A stretch of 64,000 nucleotides of DNA from an uncultured Gemmatimonadales bacterium (lineage in GTDB: Bacteria > Gemmatimonadota > Gemmatimonadetes > Gemmatimonadales > Gemmatimonadaceae). Below the pieces are notes generated by a model that made no database searches, had not been told where the DNA came from, and saw only the letters and a program-made list of their open reading frames with translations. The stretch is taken from NCBI GenBank assembly GCA_963850905.1, contig CAWKMU010000004.1, positions 576,001 through 640,000 on the forward strand, written 5' to 3'. The position numbers were made by a program, and so were the translations under genes. Positions 29,596-40,226 of the stretch are shown in pieces. How positions within the stretch are numbered: position 1 is the stretch's first letter; each line of letters begins with the position of its first letter.

Positions 29596-30156
29596 CTAGT
29601 GGCCGGTGGCTTCTCCGCCCGGAGCGAACGGACGCCCCTCGCTAGCGGGGCGCCGCACGGCGTTTCCGTTCGCAAGCAGCGCCACGACCGCCCAGACCTG
29701 CGCACAAGACGCGAGCGCGCCAAAAACGGCCCTGATGGAGTCCCACTGGTAAAAGCCTTCGAAGGCCTGCCGCAGTGCGACTGGATCGCTGCCGAGTCGC
29801 GGGACCTTCAGCATGATCGGCGCCGCCTGCGTCGTCAGGAGTATCACCCCGATGTGCATGAGGGCGGCGCCGTACACCGGTACCGCCACAGACCACGGGC
29901 GTAAGCGACTGGTGCGAAAGCTGATCGCCGCCGCGAGCACCAATACCGTGCTGCCGATCCCGGCAACCGGATAGATGATCCTCCCGTTTCCGAGATCGGC
30001 CAGACGGCTGAATGCTGCCCACGCGTTCGGCCCGAGCGCTCGCCAGGCGGGCATCTCCACGATCGTGCGATTCAAGTTGTCGCCGACGGCGCCAATGACG
30101 AGCGTTGCCACAATGCATCCGAGCGCCAGCCGCCATGACTCGAGCCCCTTGGTCAT
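29596..30156 (-). CDS. Membrane protein, DUF1772/anthrone oxygenase-like
   Basis: Four TM segments, VEMPAW motif, W...R near the C-terminus. Confidence 0.6.
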   Translation of the reverse strand: MTKGLESWRLALGCIVATLVIGAVGDNLNRTIVEMPAWRALGPNAWAAFSRLADLGNGRIIYPVAGIGSTVLVLAAAISFRTSRLRPWSVAVPVYGAALMHIGVILLTTQAAPIMLKVPRLGSDPVALRQAFEGFYQWDSIRAVFGALASCAQVWAVVALLANGNAVRRPASEGRPFAPGGEATGH

Positions 30157-30216
30157 GTTTCCCCCCGTGTTGTCCGCGTAGCGCGGTGTGCCAGGAAAAC
30201 CTCGTCCGGTGCCTGG

Positions 30217-30237
30217 ATACCTCGTATAGCGAGGTAT
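30217..30237. promoter_or_regulatory. Perfect palindrome, candidate PadR operator
   Basis: ATACCTCG-TATAG-CGAGGTAT in the divergent intergenic region upstream of padR. Confidence 0.55.
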
Positions 30238-30386
30238 ATGTACGGCACAGGGGGCGGTCCTGTCAACCGGCTTGGCCGTGGGAAGCCCACGTGGCCCGAG
30301 TGAATGGCGTTCTCAATGGCGCTGCCGACGCGCAGGGTGTATGCTCCGCACGCAGACCAGCGCGATCCGCACGGAGGAGATTCGGG

Positions 30387-30716
30387 GTGCCAGTCAGTCG
30401 CGAGCTATTGAAGGGCAGCATCGCCCTGTTGATCCTGAAGCTCTTGTCCGAACGTGACCGGTATGGCTACGAGATCATTCAGGAGGCGGCGCGCCGAACG
30501 GACAACGCCTTCGAGTTCAAGGAAGGCACATTGTATCCGGCCCTTCACCAACTCGAGAGACGGGGTTATCTCCGCTCCGAGTGGCGGGTCGCCAACAATG
30601 GCAAGCAACGGAAGTATTACGGCCTGACCGCCGCGGGCCGGAAGGCGGCGAGCCAGAGTCAGCGAGATTGGGCGCTCTTCACTCGTACGGTGAACGCGGT
30701 TCTCTCCAACGGCTGA
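30387..30716 (+). CDS. PadR-family transcriptional regulator
   Basis: YGYEII, EGTLYPALHQLE, RKYYGLTAAG; GGAGG RBS. Confidence 0.9.
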   Translation: MPVSRELLKGSIALLILKLLSERDRYGYEIIQEAARRTDNAFEFKEGTLYPALHQLERRGYLRSEWRVANNGKQRKYYGLTAAGRKAASQSQRDWALFTRTVNAVLSNG

Positions 30717-30718
30717 CG

Positions 30719-31516
30719 ATGAGTCCCTGGCAGAACCTCGTCCGACAGGTCATTGCCCGGTCTCGCCTCCCCGGGGAACGACGTCGGCGCGAGCTTCTCT
30801 GCGAGCTGAGCGCTCACCTCGAGGACAGCGCGGAGGCACTCCGAGCCTACGGGTGCGATGACGCCGCGATCGAGCGCATGGTCGAGCTGCGGTTCGGCGA
30901 CCCGGACGCGCTGGGTCAGGCCTTCGCCATCGTGTATAGGCGCGAGCGGTGGGCGCGCTCTGCCGCGAGCATTCTCGTCCTGTTCGCGACGGCGACTCTG
31001 GCGGCGACGCTGGTCATTGGGGGGGTCCAGTCGCTCGTGGCGGTCGCGACGGCGCATCCATTGCGCGCGACATTCACTGACGTGATGTCGGAGCTGATCG
31101 GTATCGCGGCAGTTGCGATCGGCTACTGTAGCCCATACCTCGCCGAACGCCTGGGAGTGCAACCCGGAAGGCAAATCCTTGGCCTCGTCGCGGCCATCGG
31201 ATTAGCCGTCGGAGGCTATTGCATCGCGACGCCGCCGGCACACACGGCGCTGCCGATCGTGGCGTTTGCCTGCGCCGCCTCTGCTCGGCTCCTGCAATGC
31301 TTCAATGTGCCGCTTCTCTGGCTGGTTGGCACGGCCGGGCCACTGCTCGTCGCATGGTACGGACTCGGTCCGCTCATTGAGACCCGCCTGCCAGGCGCTC
31401 GACTCTTTCCGTGGTCCGTGTGGTGTGGCATCACAGGAGCCTGCCTCCTGCTCCGACCGATCGTGCGGCTCTTCGAAGGGCACGTGTTCAAGATCGACTC
31501 GGCAACGGGCGGGTAG
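30719..31516 (+). CDS. Membrane protein with N-terminal permease-prefix/HAAS-like domain
   Basis: ELSAHLED...RFGDP N-terminus then multiple TM helices; usual PadR partner architecture. Confidence 0.7.
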   Translation: MSPWQNLVRQVIARSRLPGERRRRELLCELSAHLEDSAEALRAYGCDDAAIERMVELRFGDPDALGQAFAIVYRRERWARSAASILVLFATATLAATLVIGGVQSLVAVATAHPLRATFTDVMSELIGIAAVAIGYCSPYLAERLGVQPGRQILGLVAAIGLAVGGYCIATPPAHTALPIVAFACAASARLLQCFNVPLLWLVGTAGPLLVAWYGLGPLIETRLPGARLFPWSVWCGITGACLLLRPIVRLFEGHVFKIDSATGG

Positions 31517-31664
31517 TGGTTCCCATCCGACATCCGCAATGAGTCGACTCGAATTGGGCATTGCTCCACAGTTCTTGCGCCGCATTGATCGCCGGGACGC
31601 TTAGCGTCGCGGGGTCCGCCGCAGCGCAAATGCTGCCCCTCTTCCGCGGACCTTGCCCGAACTG

Positions 31665-32345
31665 TTACCAAATGTAGGGGACGAGACGGTAGCGCACGGC
31701 GCGCGTGTATTCGGTGTACCCAGGTAGATTCTCGCGAAGGTATTTCTCTTCGTCTACGAGTCGCCACGCGAGCACACCGATGACGATCGGCGTCAGGAGG
31801 AACCCGTACCATGAGCCAAGCGCGAGCGGCGCCCCGAGACACACCAGGATCGCGCCGGCATACATCGGGTGCCGGACGATCGCATAGGGGCCGGTCGATA
31901 CGACCGTTTGCCCTTCGACGACGTCTATCGTTGCAGCGGCGAAGCGGTTCTCCCTGACCACGAGGAAGTAGATAAGAATCCCGAGTGCGGCGAATACGTC
32001 ACCGAATACCGAAAGCTGCGCGGGCATAACGGGCGACCAGCCAAAGCGGTGGTCGAGCGGCATGATCACGAACACCGCAGGGACCACCAGCCGGGCAATG
32101 GATGTGATGCTTTGTTGAACTGCTGTTTTCTCGACAGCCGGGCCCTTGCGCAAACGGCTCTCGAGAAGCGGCTTGTCGTTGCGCGCCAGATAAATCGTGA
32201 CGAGGGTCGTCGAGACCATGAGTGTCAGGAAAAATGCCCAACCCTGCCAGTAGTCGAGTGTCCACGCGGGGATGAAGATGACGGCGAAGAACGCGATGGC
32301 GCCGGCGAGAGCTGCGTATATGGTGCGGAGGTAAAGGTTTGTCAT
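31665..32345 (-). CDS. Isoprenylcysteine carboxyl methyltransferase (ICMT/PEMT) family protein
   Basis: TGPYAIVRHPMYAG, EEKYL...GY.EY...VRYRLVP. Confidence 0.9.
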   Translation of the reverse strand: MTNLYLRTIYAALAGAIAFFAVIFIPAWTLDYWQGWAFFLTLMVSTTLVTIYLARNDKPLLESRLRKGPAVEKTAVQQSITSIARLVVPAVFVIMPLDHRFGWSPVMPAQLSVFGDVFAALGILIYFLVVRENRFAAATIDVVEGQTVVSTGPYAIVRHPMYAGAILVCLGAPLALGSWYGFLLTPIVIGVLAWRLVDEEKYLRENLPGYTEYTRAVRYRLVPYIW

Positions 32346-32528
32346 GGTGCGCCGAAAAGTTGGTCTCTGGCCGCGCGACTAGAGACGCGGCGCTCGCAAG
32401 TGGTCACCGTCGAGACTTCTGGCGTAGCCGTGGAGTCCGTCCTGTCGACGTGAAGGAACGTGGGTCACGGCGGCGGATACTGCGAGCAAAGCGTCGCCGA
32501 CGGAACAGGCCAGTGACCACGCCACCCG

Positions 32529-32756
32529 TCACGTGTCGGCCAGCGCCGACACAATGTACGCGGCAACGCTGACGCCGGTGGCGATGAGTGCGACGGCGAA
32601 CAGTCGGCCCCTTGGCGAAAGCGGATGAGGAGCCTCGAGGCCAACCGTGGAGAGGATCACCGGGGCGTGCCTGTGAGTAATGCCAGGCCCGTGCGGGCCC
32701 TCAACGGTGGCGGCTTTGGGGTGGCAGGCTGTCAGGCGACCGCCGACAACAAGCAA
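32529..32756 (-). pseudogene. Decayed potassium-channel pore fragment
   Basis: ILSTVGLEAPHPLSPRGRLFAVALIATGV resembles TLSTVG(Y/F)GEVHPLS..GRLF; filter motif corrupted, no RCK domain. Confidence 0.5.
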
Positions 32757-32865
32757 TGGACTGCCCTGACAGCGAAGGCTTTCTTGGTTGACGATCTTCC
32801 GTCACGACACCGGCAGGATCGCTTTCCCTCCTCATGACGTCCGTCCGGACGAGGAGAGCACGCAA

Positions 32866-33784
32866 ATGGCCACCGGATATGACGCCTATCCCAGACCACC
32901 GCACGCGACAGCGGCTCCAACGCGCGCGAAGGGCTGGCCGATCGTTGTGGGCACCTGTGGCACCCGGGACTCAAACGGGGCAATCCGTCTCGCGCACCTC
33001 TTGGTGCAACGGAGATGCGAGGGCGGTGTACGTTGTCGGAGTGCTCGACACTGACTGGCAAAGCACGTATGGGACGGGTGAGGGTAGCGAACCCTATGAC
33101 CCCCGGACGGCGGAGGCATTGCTCGCTCGCATCGAGCGTCAGCTCGTCGAGCTCGGGGTACCGGCAGGACACTGGCCGGTCGGCATCGTCGGGGGCGAAC
33201 GCGCTGGCGCGCTGGGGGACATCGCAGGCAACGACCGCACATCGCTCCTTCTGGTTGGCCTGAAGAGTCACATCGCGCTGGCAAGGCTCTGGGGGCGGTC
33301 GACCGCACTCGGTGCAGCGAGCAAGGGCAGGCGCACCGTCCTCGCCGTCGATCCGCTGGCCAGAGCGTTGCCGACGTGCGCGGTGGTGGGCACCACCTTC
33401 GGCCCGGCCAGTGAGAACGCTGCTCGAGCCGCACTCGACTGCCTTGGGTCGTCAGGATCGCTGCACTTGGTGCATGTCCGACCCTTCATGTCCCAAATTG
33501 GAGTGGGGGCGCTATCGACCGACGTGGCGTACGCGCAGGAGATTGCCGACCGCTTGGGGAGCATGGTCTCGGCGCTCGGAGCACCACCTGGCGTCCGGGT
33601 GCGATGTCACGATGTGAGCGGCGACCCAGCGAGCCGCCTGCTCGAACTCGCACAGCAAGAGCACGCCGACCTCATCGCCGTTGGCACGCACGACCGTCCC
33701 GCCTTTGGTGCGTTCCTCGTCGGCACTGTTGCCTCACGTGTGCTTGGGGTCCATCGAACGTCCGTCCTGGTCGCCTCCGCGTGA
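32866..33784 (+). CDS. Tandem universal stress protein (frameshift near 33013)
   Basis: N-terminus PIVVGTCGTRDSNGAIRLA in one frame, the rest (ADLIAVGTH...GTVASRVL) in another; GAGGAG RBS. Confidence 0.8.
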
Positions 33785-33870
33785 TGGCAGCGTACCGTTC
33801 TTGCGTACGTGGCGTTGACCCAGGCGATCGAACTCCTGCTCATCCGCCGACACTGGATTGCGTAGGAACG

Positions 33871-34323
33871 CTATGATCCCGACGTCGCTTCTCGCCCGGT
33901 GACCTCGTCCAGATGCATGCGAAGCACGAGGAGCCGAAACGGTGCAGGATCGTTCGCCGTGCCCGTGCCGGGTACGAGCTCGCGGAGGAGTTCAACACCA
34001 TGGGCGAAGGAATGTTGATCGATCGGCGGCGAATCCGAGTCGAGGAAATATACGGCGCCGTGCACGACCACACTTCGCCAGTCGAACGTGCCCTTGACCT
34101 CATCGACTTCAAAGGCTGCCCAACAATGATGCGGGAGAATCGCGCTCTTTACTCCGCGCGACGTGCGGCAGTAGATCCAGCCATCGGCGAACACATAGTT
34201 GATCGGCTCAATGTCGACGCGGGCCCCACCGGCGTACGCGATACGCCCCACGTGGTGACGAGCGAGAAGGGCCTCGCATTCGGCACGGGACAAATCTCTG
34301 ATGATCGGTTGAGAGGTCGTCAC
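33871..34323 (-). CDS. Pyridoxamine 5'-phosphate oxidase-like flavin-binding protein
   Basis: LSRAECEALL...VGRIA...PINY...AFEVD...WRSVVVHG...TGR. Confidence 0.85.
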   Translation of the reverse strand: MTTSQPIIRDLSRAECEALLARHHVGRIAYAGGARVDIEPINYVFADGWIYCRTSRGVKSAILPHHCWAAFEVDEVKGTFDWRSVVVHGAVYFLDSDSPPIDQHSFAHGVELLRELVPGTGTANDPAPFRLLVLRMHLDEVTGREATSGS

Positions 34324-34608
34324 AACACCCTGAATGAAGGAGAAAGAATCTAGGATCAGCGGCTTCATAACTATTTTATACCCCCCGGTGCATTCCTTTA
34401 CGTCGATCCACGGTGAGGAATCGTTCACCGCAATGTGATGGTACGCCCTCCCGCATCGACAAAACAGTCGGGGAGGGCCCGTCGCGGCGTCCGGCTTTGC
34501 CTCTCATCAATGCGAGGCGCTCTCGCGAACACGCCTTGAGCGATCGCCGCGTCGGGGCGTGCCTGAGTGCATGTCAGGCAACACCTGATCCCTCGATCGA
34601 GGTTCGGC

Positions 34609-35475
34609 ATGCACACTGCACTCAGTACGCGCCGACCTCACGAGGTGGCGACAACGCTGAGACAGCAGGCGGGATTGCCAGCACGGGCCGCGAGAGGAAA
34701 CAACTCGTTGAGCAGCGAAGCGCAATCAGAGAGTTCACCAGTTGCGGATCGGCCTGAGGCGCCGGTCGCCCCCGGTTATCATGCAGTGATCGGGGCGATG
34801 GACGGCGACGCGCACGGTCCCGGTGCCCTTCGAGTTGCCCAGGCGCTTGTTTCGCGATTCCGCTCAGAAGCTGTAACTTTGCCGTCGACTGCTGTTCCAT
34901 CGGCTGTGGGGCGAAAGGCCGACGGCTGCGGACATGCGATTGTCGTGCTACCAGCCCCTGATGCGGGGTCCCCTGAGCGACCGACCTACACCGATCGCGC
35001 CTGTCGAGTCGCTGTCTCAACGCGACACCCCGTGCTACTCGTCCCGGACGCCACCGGATGGCCCCCACGCCAATGCGTCGCGGCAATGGACTTTGGCCGA
35101 TCGAGCATCGCAGCCGCGCTGGCCGCATTGGAGTTGCTCGAGGCGCCTGCTGAACTCGCGCTCGTGTTTGTGCATCAAGGGGATGAGGAGGCTCGCCAGG
35201 CGGACTTAGTGCCGCGACACGTGCGCCTGCTGTGCGAAGCCCTAATGCGCACGCTTCTGGCTCCGACGGGGATTACCGTAACGTCGGTGATCTTGAAAGG
35301 CGCCGTGCTCCCCGTGCTGTTGCCCTTTGCTCGACGTTACGGGGCCGACCTCCTATCGCTCGGCCGGCACGGACGATCCTCATCTGCGGGGATCGCCGCG
35401 ACGCCCGTCGGGCCCACGGTGCGTGGATTGCTCCAGGGTGCACCGTGCACCGCGCTGATTTCGAGCGCACCCTGA
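34609..35475 (+). CDS. Universal stress protein
   Basis: AAMDFGRSS, ADLLSLGRHG, GPTVRGLLQGAPC. Confidence 0.8.
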   Translation: MHTALSTRRPHEVATTLRQQAGLPARAARGNNSLSSEAQSESSPVADRPEAPVAPGYHAVIGAMDGDAHGPGALRVAQALVSRFRSEAVTLPSTAVPSAVGRKADGCGHAIVVLPAPDAGSPERPTYTDRACRVAVSTRHPVLLVPDATGWPPRQCVAAMDFGRSSIAAALAALELLEAPAELALVFVHQGDEEARQADLVPRHVRLLCEALMRTLLAPTGITVTSVILKGAVLPVLLPFARRYGADLLSLGRHGRSSSAGIAATPVGPTVRGLLQGAPCTALISSAP

Positions 35476-35705
35476 GGACTGCAGGCTTGACCCACTAGGG
35501 TCTCCATCGCGGTCGCCTTGCGGACTATCGCGGCGGAAGCCTAGAATCCATCAGTGGATGCAGGATCTGGTCGTTGTTTCCTCCGAACGAAGACCCTCGT
35601 TGGCCTCGCGACTGTCAACGGCCGGCAAGGGTGCGGGGCGGGCACCCGACGCACAGCTCGCTGGGGCCGTAGTCACGAGTACCGGCTCGCGATCTTGGTG
35701 CACCC

Positions 35706-38270
35706 ATGGAACCAATGACAACTGACCCGGCCCGCCGATTCAGCGACGAAGGTTCCCGGGAGGCGGCGGAATTGAGCGAGGTGGCGGCGCGCGCCGCGTT
35801 CACGCAGCTGCCGCATCCAATGTACTTGCTATCTCGGGACGGCGTGATTCTCGCGGCGAATCCGGCTGGGCTGCGGTTCGTGGCGAAGGCAGACACGCCA
35901 GTCGTCGGTCAGCGGTTGTGGGACGTCGTGGCGTTGATCGGTCCGCAGGAAGACACGCAATGGTTCCGGCGGGCGATCGACGAGGCGAACGCTGGATCTC
36001 GTACTCCCCTTAGATATGACTTGGATGAGACGGCGCGCGAGCGGACGTCCACGTGGTCGATTCGGCGATTTGAGGGGCCAGAGAGCGGTGGGGTCGCGCT
36101 CATAGCGGAGGCGCGCGACGTCACCGAAGAGCGCCGCGTCGAGATCCAGGGCCGGCTGTTCTCGGATCTCGCACTGGCTCTCGGGCAGACCGACTCTCTC
36201 GAGCTTGCGTTGACCGCAGCACTCCAGACGATGTGCACCGCTGGGGAATGGGCGCTCGGCGAAGCGTGGATGCCGTCGACGCTTGCTGGGGGCGAACAGC
36301 GGTTGACGCGCGCGGCGGTTTGGGCCGTACCCGATCGGCGGCTACAGGGCTTCGTTGCCCAGGGCTCGGGCTTTCGATTCCAAAGAGGAGAAGGGCTGCC
36401 GGGAACGGCCTGGCTGCGACGTGAACCTGTGTGGGCGAACCCGTTGGGCGCCACGCAGGAATTCACGCGTGGTTCTCTGGCTGGCCAAGCAGGGTTGCGC
36501 GCGGCAGTCGCAATCCCGGTGATGGCTCGCGGAGAGGTGGTGGCAGTATTGAGTTGCTATATGGCCGATCTCCGCAATCGCCATACACATCTTGTGCAGG
36601 CCGCCACCGGCGTCGCTGCGCAACTCGGTCCGTTGTTGCTGCAAAAGAAGGCGGAGGAAGCGCATCGCAATGCGGAGGCGCAACTCGCAGGTACGATCGC
36701 TATCGCAACCGACGCGATCATCTCCATCGACGAGACACAGCGAATTACCCTGTTCAACTGGGGGGCCGAGCGCATCTTCGGGTATGCGGCGGACGAAACG
36801 ATCGGGGAGCCGCTCGACATGCTGCTGCCGGAACATCTGCGACGGCACCACGCCACCGACATCGCAGAGTTTGCCAGGTCCGCGCAGACAGCGCGACGCA
36901 TGGGTGAACGGTCAACGATCCTGGGGCGGCGCAAGAACGGCGAGATCTTCCCGGCCGAAGCCTCGATCTCACGCTACATGAGCGGAGGGCAGTGGACCTT
37001 CACCGTGATGTTGCGAGACATCACCGACCGGCGACGCACCGAGGAGGGACTTCGGTTTCTCGCAGAGGTCGGAAGCCTGCTTGGCGATTTGATACAGGAT
37101 CAGACCGTGCTGCAGCGGGTTGCCGAGCGAGCGGTGCCGACGCTGGGTGATGCCTGTGTCATCGATCTGGTTGAGAACGACCTGCCGATCACCGCGGCGG
37201 TCGCCGCACGCGACATTGATATGACCCGCGCGATCCAACGTTTCCGCGATGAGAGGCCGCTGAAGTGGGATGACCGGTCGCCGACAATGGACGCCTTGCG
37301 GACCCGACAGACGCTGCTCCTACCCGAGGGTATTGGAAGCTGGACTGGGCTGGCCGAGCGCCCGGATTATCAACGAGATCTATCGCCGCTTGACGCTGGA
37401 TCGATCCTCGTTGTGCCTCTCGTGGCCCACGACCGGGTAATGGGCGCGCTCAGCCTTGCAATGCAAGCCGGGGGACGCCGCCATGACGATAACTACCGCG
37501 TGCTGGCGGAGGAGGCGGCGGGCCGTATTGCGCTTGCCGTCGACAATGCAATGCTCTATCAGCGGACGCGGCAGGCCGTGGGGGCGCGCGACGAGACGCT
37601 CGCGGTCGTGTCACACGATCTGCGGAATCCGTTGAGCGCGATCAGGATGTACATGAGTGCGCTCCGGGAGGATCCTCCGCCGAGTCCTGAGAGCGTGCGG
37701 GAGCTCGTGGAGCTCGTGCAGGAATCGACGTTGCTCATGTCGCGCATCATCGAAGATCTGCTCGACGTCGCGAGCATCGACAGCGGCCGATTGTCGCTCG
37801 ACCGAAAGGTGCAGCCGCTTCAGCCCTTGCTGGAGCAAATCGAAGACATGTTTCGTGGGGCTGCCGACGAACGGGGGATCGCGCTCGTGCTCGAGCGCAG
37901 TGCGCTCGAACGACTCCCCACGCTGGATGTGGATCGAGACCGCATCGTGCAGGTGCTCGGCAATCTGGTCAACAACGCGCTCAAGTTTACAGAAGCCGGT
38001 GGGATCGTAACCATTAGCGTCGCAACGCGTGGTGAGATGGTCACGGTGGCAGTAACTGACACCGGCGTCGGGATTGCTCCCGACGATCTCGCGCATGTCT
38101 TCGACCGGTTCTGGCACGGTCGCCGCCGAACCAAGATCCGCTCTACCGGGCTGGGTTTGGCGATCGCACGCGGCATCGTGCAGGCACACGGTGGTCGCAT
38201 CTCAGTCGAAAGCACGGTGGGTCGTGGCAGTACGTTTGCCGTCGAGCTGCCGGCCGCCCCAGAGCGCTAG
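35706..38270 (+). CDS. PAS-GAF-PAS-GAF sensor histidine kinase (second PAS FixL-like)
   Basis: LLPEHLRRHH...GRRKNGEIFP PAS; SHDLRNPL H-box; NLVNNALKF, DTGVGI, GLGL. Confidence 0.9.
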   Translation: MEPMTTDPARRFSDEGSREAAELSEVAARAAFTQLPHPMYLLSRDGVILAANPAGLRFVAKADTPVVGQRLWDVVALIGPQEDTQWFRRAIDEANAGSRTPLRYDLDETARERTSTWSIRRFEGPESGGVALIAEARDVTEERRVEIQGRLFSDLALALGQTDSLELALTAALQTMCTAGEWALGEAWMPSTLAGGEQRLTRAAVWAVPDRRLQGFVAQGSGFRFQRGEGLPGTAWLRREPVWANPLGATQEFTRGSLAGQAGLRAAVAIPVMARGEVVAVLSCYMADLRNRHTHLVQAATGVAAQLGPLLLQKKAEEAHRNAEAQLAGTIAIATDAIISIDETQRITLFNWGAERIFGYAADETIGEPLDMLLPEHLRRHHATDIAEFARSAQTARRMGERSTILGRRKNGEIFPAEASISRYMSGGQWTFTVMLRDITDRRRTEEGLRFLAEVGSLLGDLIQDQTVLQRVAERAVPTLGDACVIDLVENDLPITAAVAARDIDMTRAIQRFRDERPLKWDDRSPTMDALRTRQTLLLPEGIGSWTGLAERPDYQRDLSPLDAGSILVVPLVAHDRVMGALSLAMQAGGRRHDDNYRVLAEEAAGRIALAVDNAMLYQRTRQAVGARDETLAVVSHDLRNPLSAIRMYMSALREDPPPSPESVRELVELVQESTLLMSRIIEDLLDVASIDSGRLSLDRKVQPLQPLLEQIEDMFRGAADERGIALVLERSALERLPTLDVDRDRIVQVLGNLVNNALKFTEAGGIVTISVATRGEMVTVAVTDTGVGIAPDDLAHVFDRFWHGRRRTKIRSTGLGLAIARGIVQAHGGRISVESTVGRGSTFAVELPAAPER

Positions 38271-38359
38271 GACAACAGCCGGGGTTCTTTGGGTACTACC
38301 CCGCGCGCAAGGCGGCGCACTTCGATCCCATCGAGGCGTTGAGGTTTGAGTAAGAGGCG

Positions 38360-38422
38360 GCTAGAGACAAACCTCGAGGCCAGCTGGACGCACCGCGGCT
38401 GGCTTCGAGGTTTGTCTCCAGC
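38360..38422. terminator. Long inverted repeat between convergent genes (likely bidirectional terminator)
   Basis: GAGACAAACCTCGAGGCCAGC ... GCTGGCTTCGAGGTTTGTCTC. Confidence 0.65.
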
Positions 38423-38446
38423 GTCCAGCGTCTAGCGTCTAGCCCT

Positions 38447-39109
38447 TCACACCTCTGTCAGCAGATTCAACCGCACCGCCAGCTTGACGTAATCGGCCCG
38501 ATGATTGAGCCCAAGCTTCTCGTTGATGCGCTGCTTGTAAGTGTCGACCGTCTTCGGGCTGATGGCGAGCTTGGTCCCGATCTCCGGTGCGGTGAATCCC
38601 TGCGCAGTCAATCGGAGCACATCCTGTTCGCGAGCGCTCAAGCCCTCGAACCGCTCGCGATCGGCCTTGGCGGGGTCGCGCCGCGTCAGTCCATGCACGA
38701 GAACGCGCGACGCGGAGTGCTGCACGTAGACGTCGCCGTGCGCGACGGCTCGGATGGCGTCGACGAGCTCGCGGTCGGCGACGCTCTTCAGGAGGTAGCC
38801 TGCAGCGCCGGCCTGCAGAAGTGGCAGGAGGTGCTCTTCCTCCGTGTGCATCGTGAGGATCAACACCCGCGGCCGCGGTCCCTTGGCGACAATGACTTTC
38901 GTCGCCTGAAGCCCGTCGCCGTCAGGCATGTCCAAGTCCATCACCACCACATCCGGGTCGCAGCGCTCGGCCATCATCACCGCCTGCGTGCCCGTTGCCG
39001 CCTCGCCGACAATGACCATGTCTTTGGCTCCGCCGACCACAGCCTTGAGGCCGCTTCGGACGACGCTGTGATCGTCAGCCAGCATCACTCGAATCACCGC
39101 ATCGTGCAT
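38447..39109 (-). CDS. NarL/FixJ-family response regulator (REC + LuxR HTH)
   Basis: LADDH, VMDLDMP, YLLK, LSAREQDVL...ISPKTVDTY. Confidence 0.95.
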   Translation of the reverse strand: MHDAVIRVMLADDHSVVRSGLKAVVGGAKDMVIVGEAATGTQAVMMAERCDPDVVVMDLDMPDGDGLQATKVIVAKGPRPRVLILTMHTEEEHLLPLLQAGAAGYLLKSVADRELVDAIRAVAHGDVYVQHSASRVLVHGLTRRDPAKADRERFEGLSAREQDVLRLTAQGFTAPEIGTKLAISPKTVDTYKQRINEKLGLNHRADYVKLAVRLNLLTEV

Positions 39110-39361
39110 CGTGTCTCCATCGTTGGTTTCACGCTCCCAGAATCTTGTCCTTGGAGGAGGCGGCCTCGTATCGGGGATCACGCTCGGCTTGTGTAGGGTA
39201 AGTCCTGACAAGCGACGTGCAAGTGCAGCCAGTGGTTCTGTGACGTCAGGTAGCTCCTTACAAGTAATGACTCCGGGCCTGACGGCGGTGCGCCTCCCGA
39301 ATTCGCATTTTCAGCTGCCCTGCGATGCAGGCCAATCGAAGTCCCCAAGTCGAGGCGCGCA

Positions 39362-40219
39362 ATGAGCGGAATCCTTCTCGCAAGCGACGGTGGACCAGGC
39401 GCGGACGGTGCGACGCGGGTCGCGGCAGACCTGGCCAAACGGCTGGGCGCTCCGCTCACAGTCCTCGCCGTCTACGAGCCAATGCCAGTAGCAGACTTTG
39501 GCTACGGCGTGGCCTACATCCCAACGACCGACGAAGACAACGCCATCCGAAAAGAGTTGCGCGAGTGTCTCGCGGCGCAACTCGAGCGATGTCGAGTCGA
39601 CGGCTGCGTTCCCGACGTTCGTACCGGCCCCGCGGTCGTGATGATTCCTGCGACTGCCCGCGCGCTCCAGGCCGACTTGATCGTGACGGGACTGGGAGCA
39701 CATGACTTCCTGGATCGCGCTTTCGGTGGTGAGACGGCGCTCCGGCTGGCGCAGACGGCTACGACGCCCATCCTCGCGATCCCCGCGACGGCCACCGCCG
39801 CACCACATCGTGTAATTGTGGCCACGGACGTGAGCGCGACCAGCCGGCGGGCGGCTGCAGTTGTGTCTCAATGGTTGCGCTCGGGTGACGAGCTCCAGCT
39901 CGTGTACGTCGCCGACGAAGGGATCGAGCCCGAGCCGAGACCGACTGCCAAGATTAACTCGGCCATCGCGGAGAAGCTCGCCCAGATGGCGAGCGAGCTA
40001 CATCCCGCGGGCGCCGCAACCGTCAAGACCGTGGGGCTCTCTGGCAACCCCGCTCGCTCATTGCTCTCCTTTGCAAAGGAGATCGACGCTGATCTCATCG
40101 CATTGGGAAGCCATGGTTACGGGCCTATCAAGCGCCTGCTGCTCGGGAGCGTGGCCTCAAAGGTGATCAGATTGGCGACGACTGGCGTGCTGGTCGTGCC
40201 CGCCGGAGCGGTGCAGTAG
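39362..40219 (+). CDS. Tandem universal stress protein
   Basis: ILLASDG, ADLIVTG, ADLIALGSHG...LLGSVASKVIR. Confidence 0.9.
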   Translation: MSGILLASDGGPGADGATRVAADLAKRLGAPLTVLAVYEPMPVADFGYGVAYIPTTDEDNAIRKELRECLAAQLERCRVDGCVPDVRTGPAVVMIPATARALQADLIVTGLGAHDFLDRAFGGETALRLAQTATTPILAIPATATAAPHRVIVATDVSATSRRAAAVVSQWLRSGDELQLVYVADEGIEPEPRPTAKINSAIAEKLAQMASELHPAGAATVKTVGLSGNPARSLLSFAKEIDADLIALGSHGYGPIKRLLLGSVASKVIRLATTGVLVVPAGAVQ

Positions 40220-40226
40220 CAGGGCG

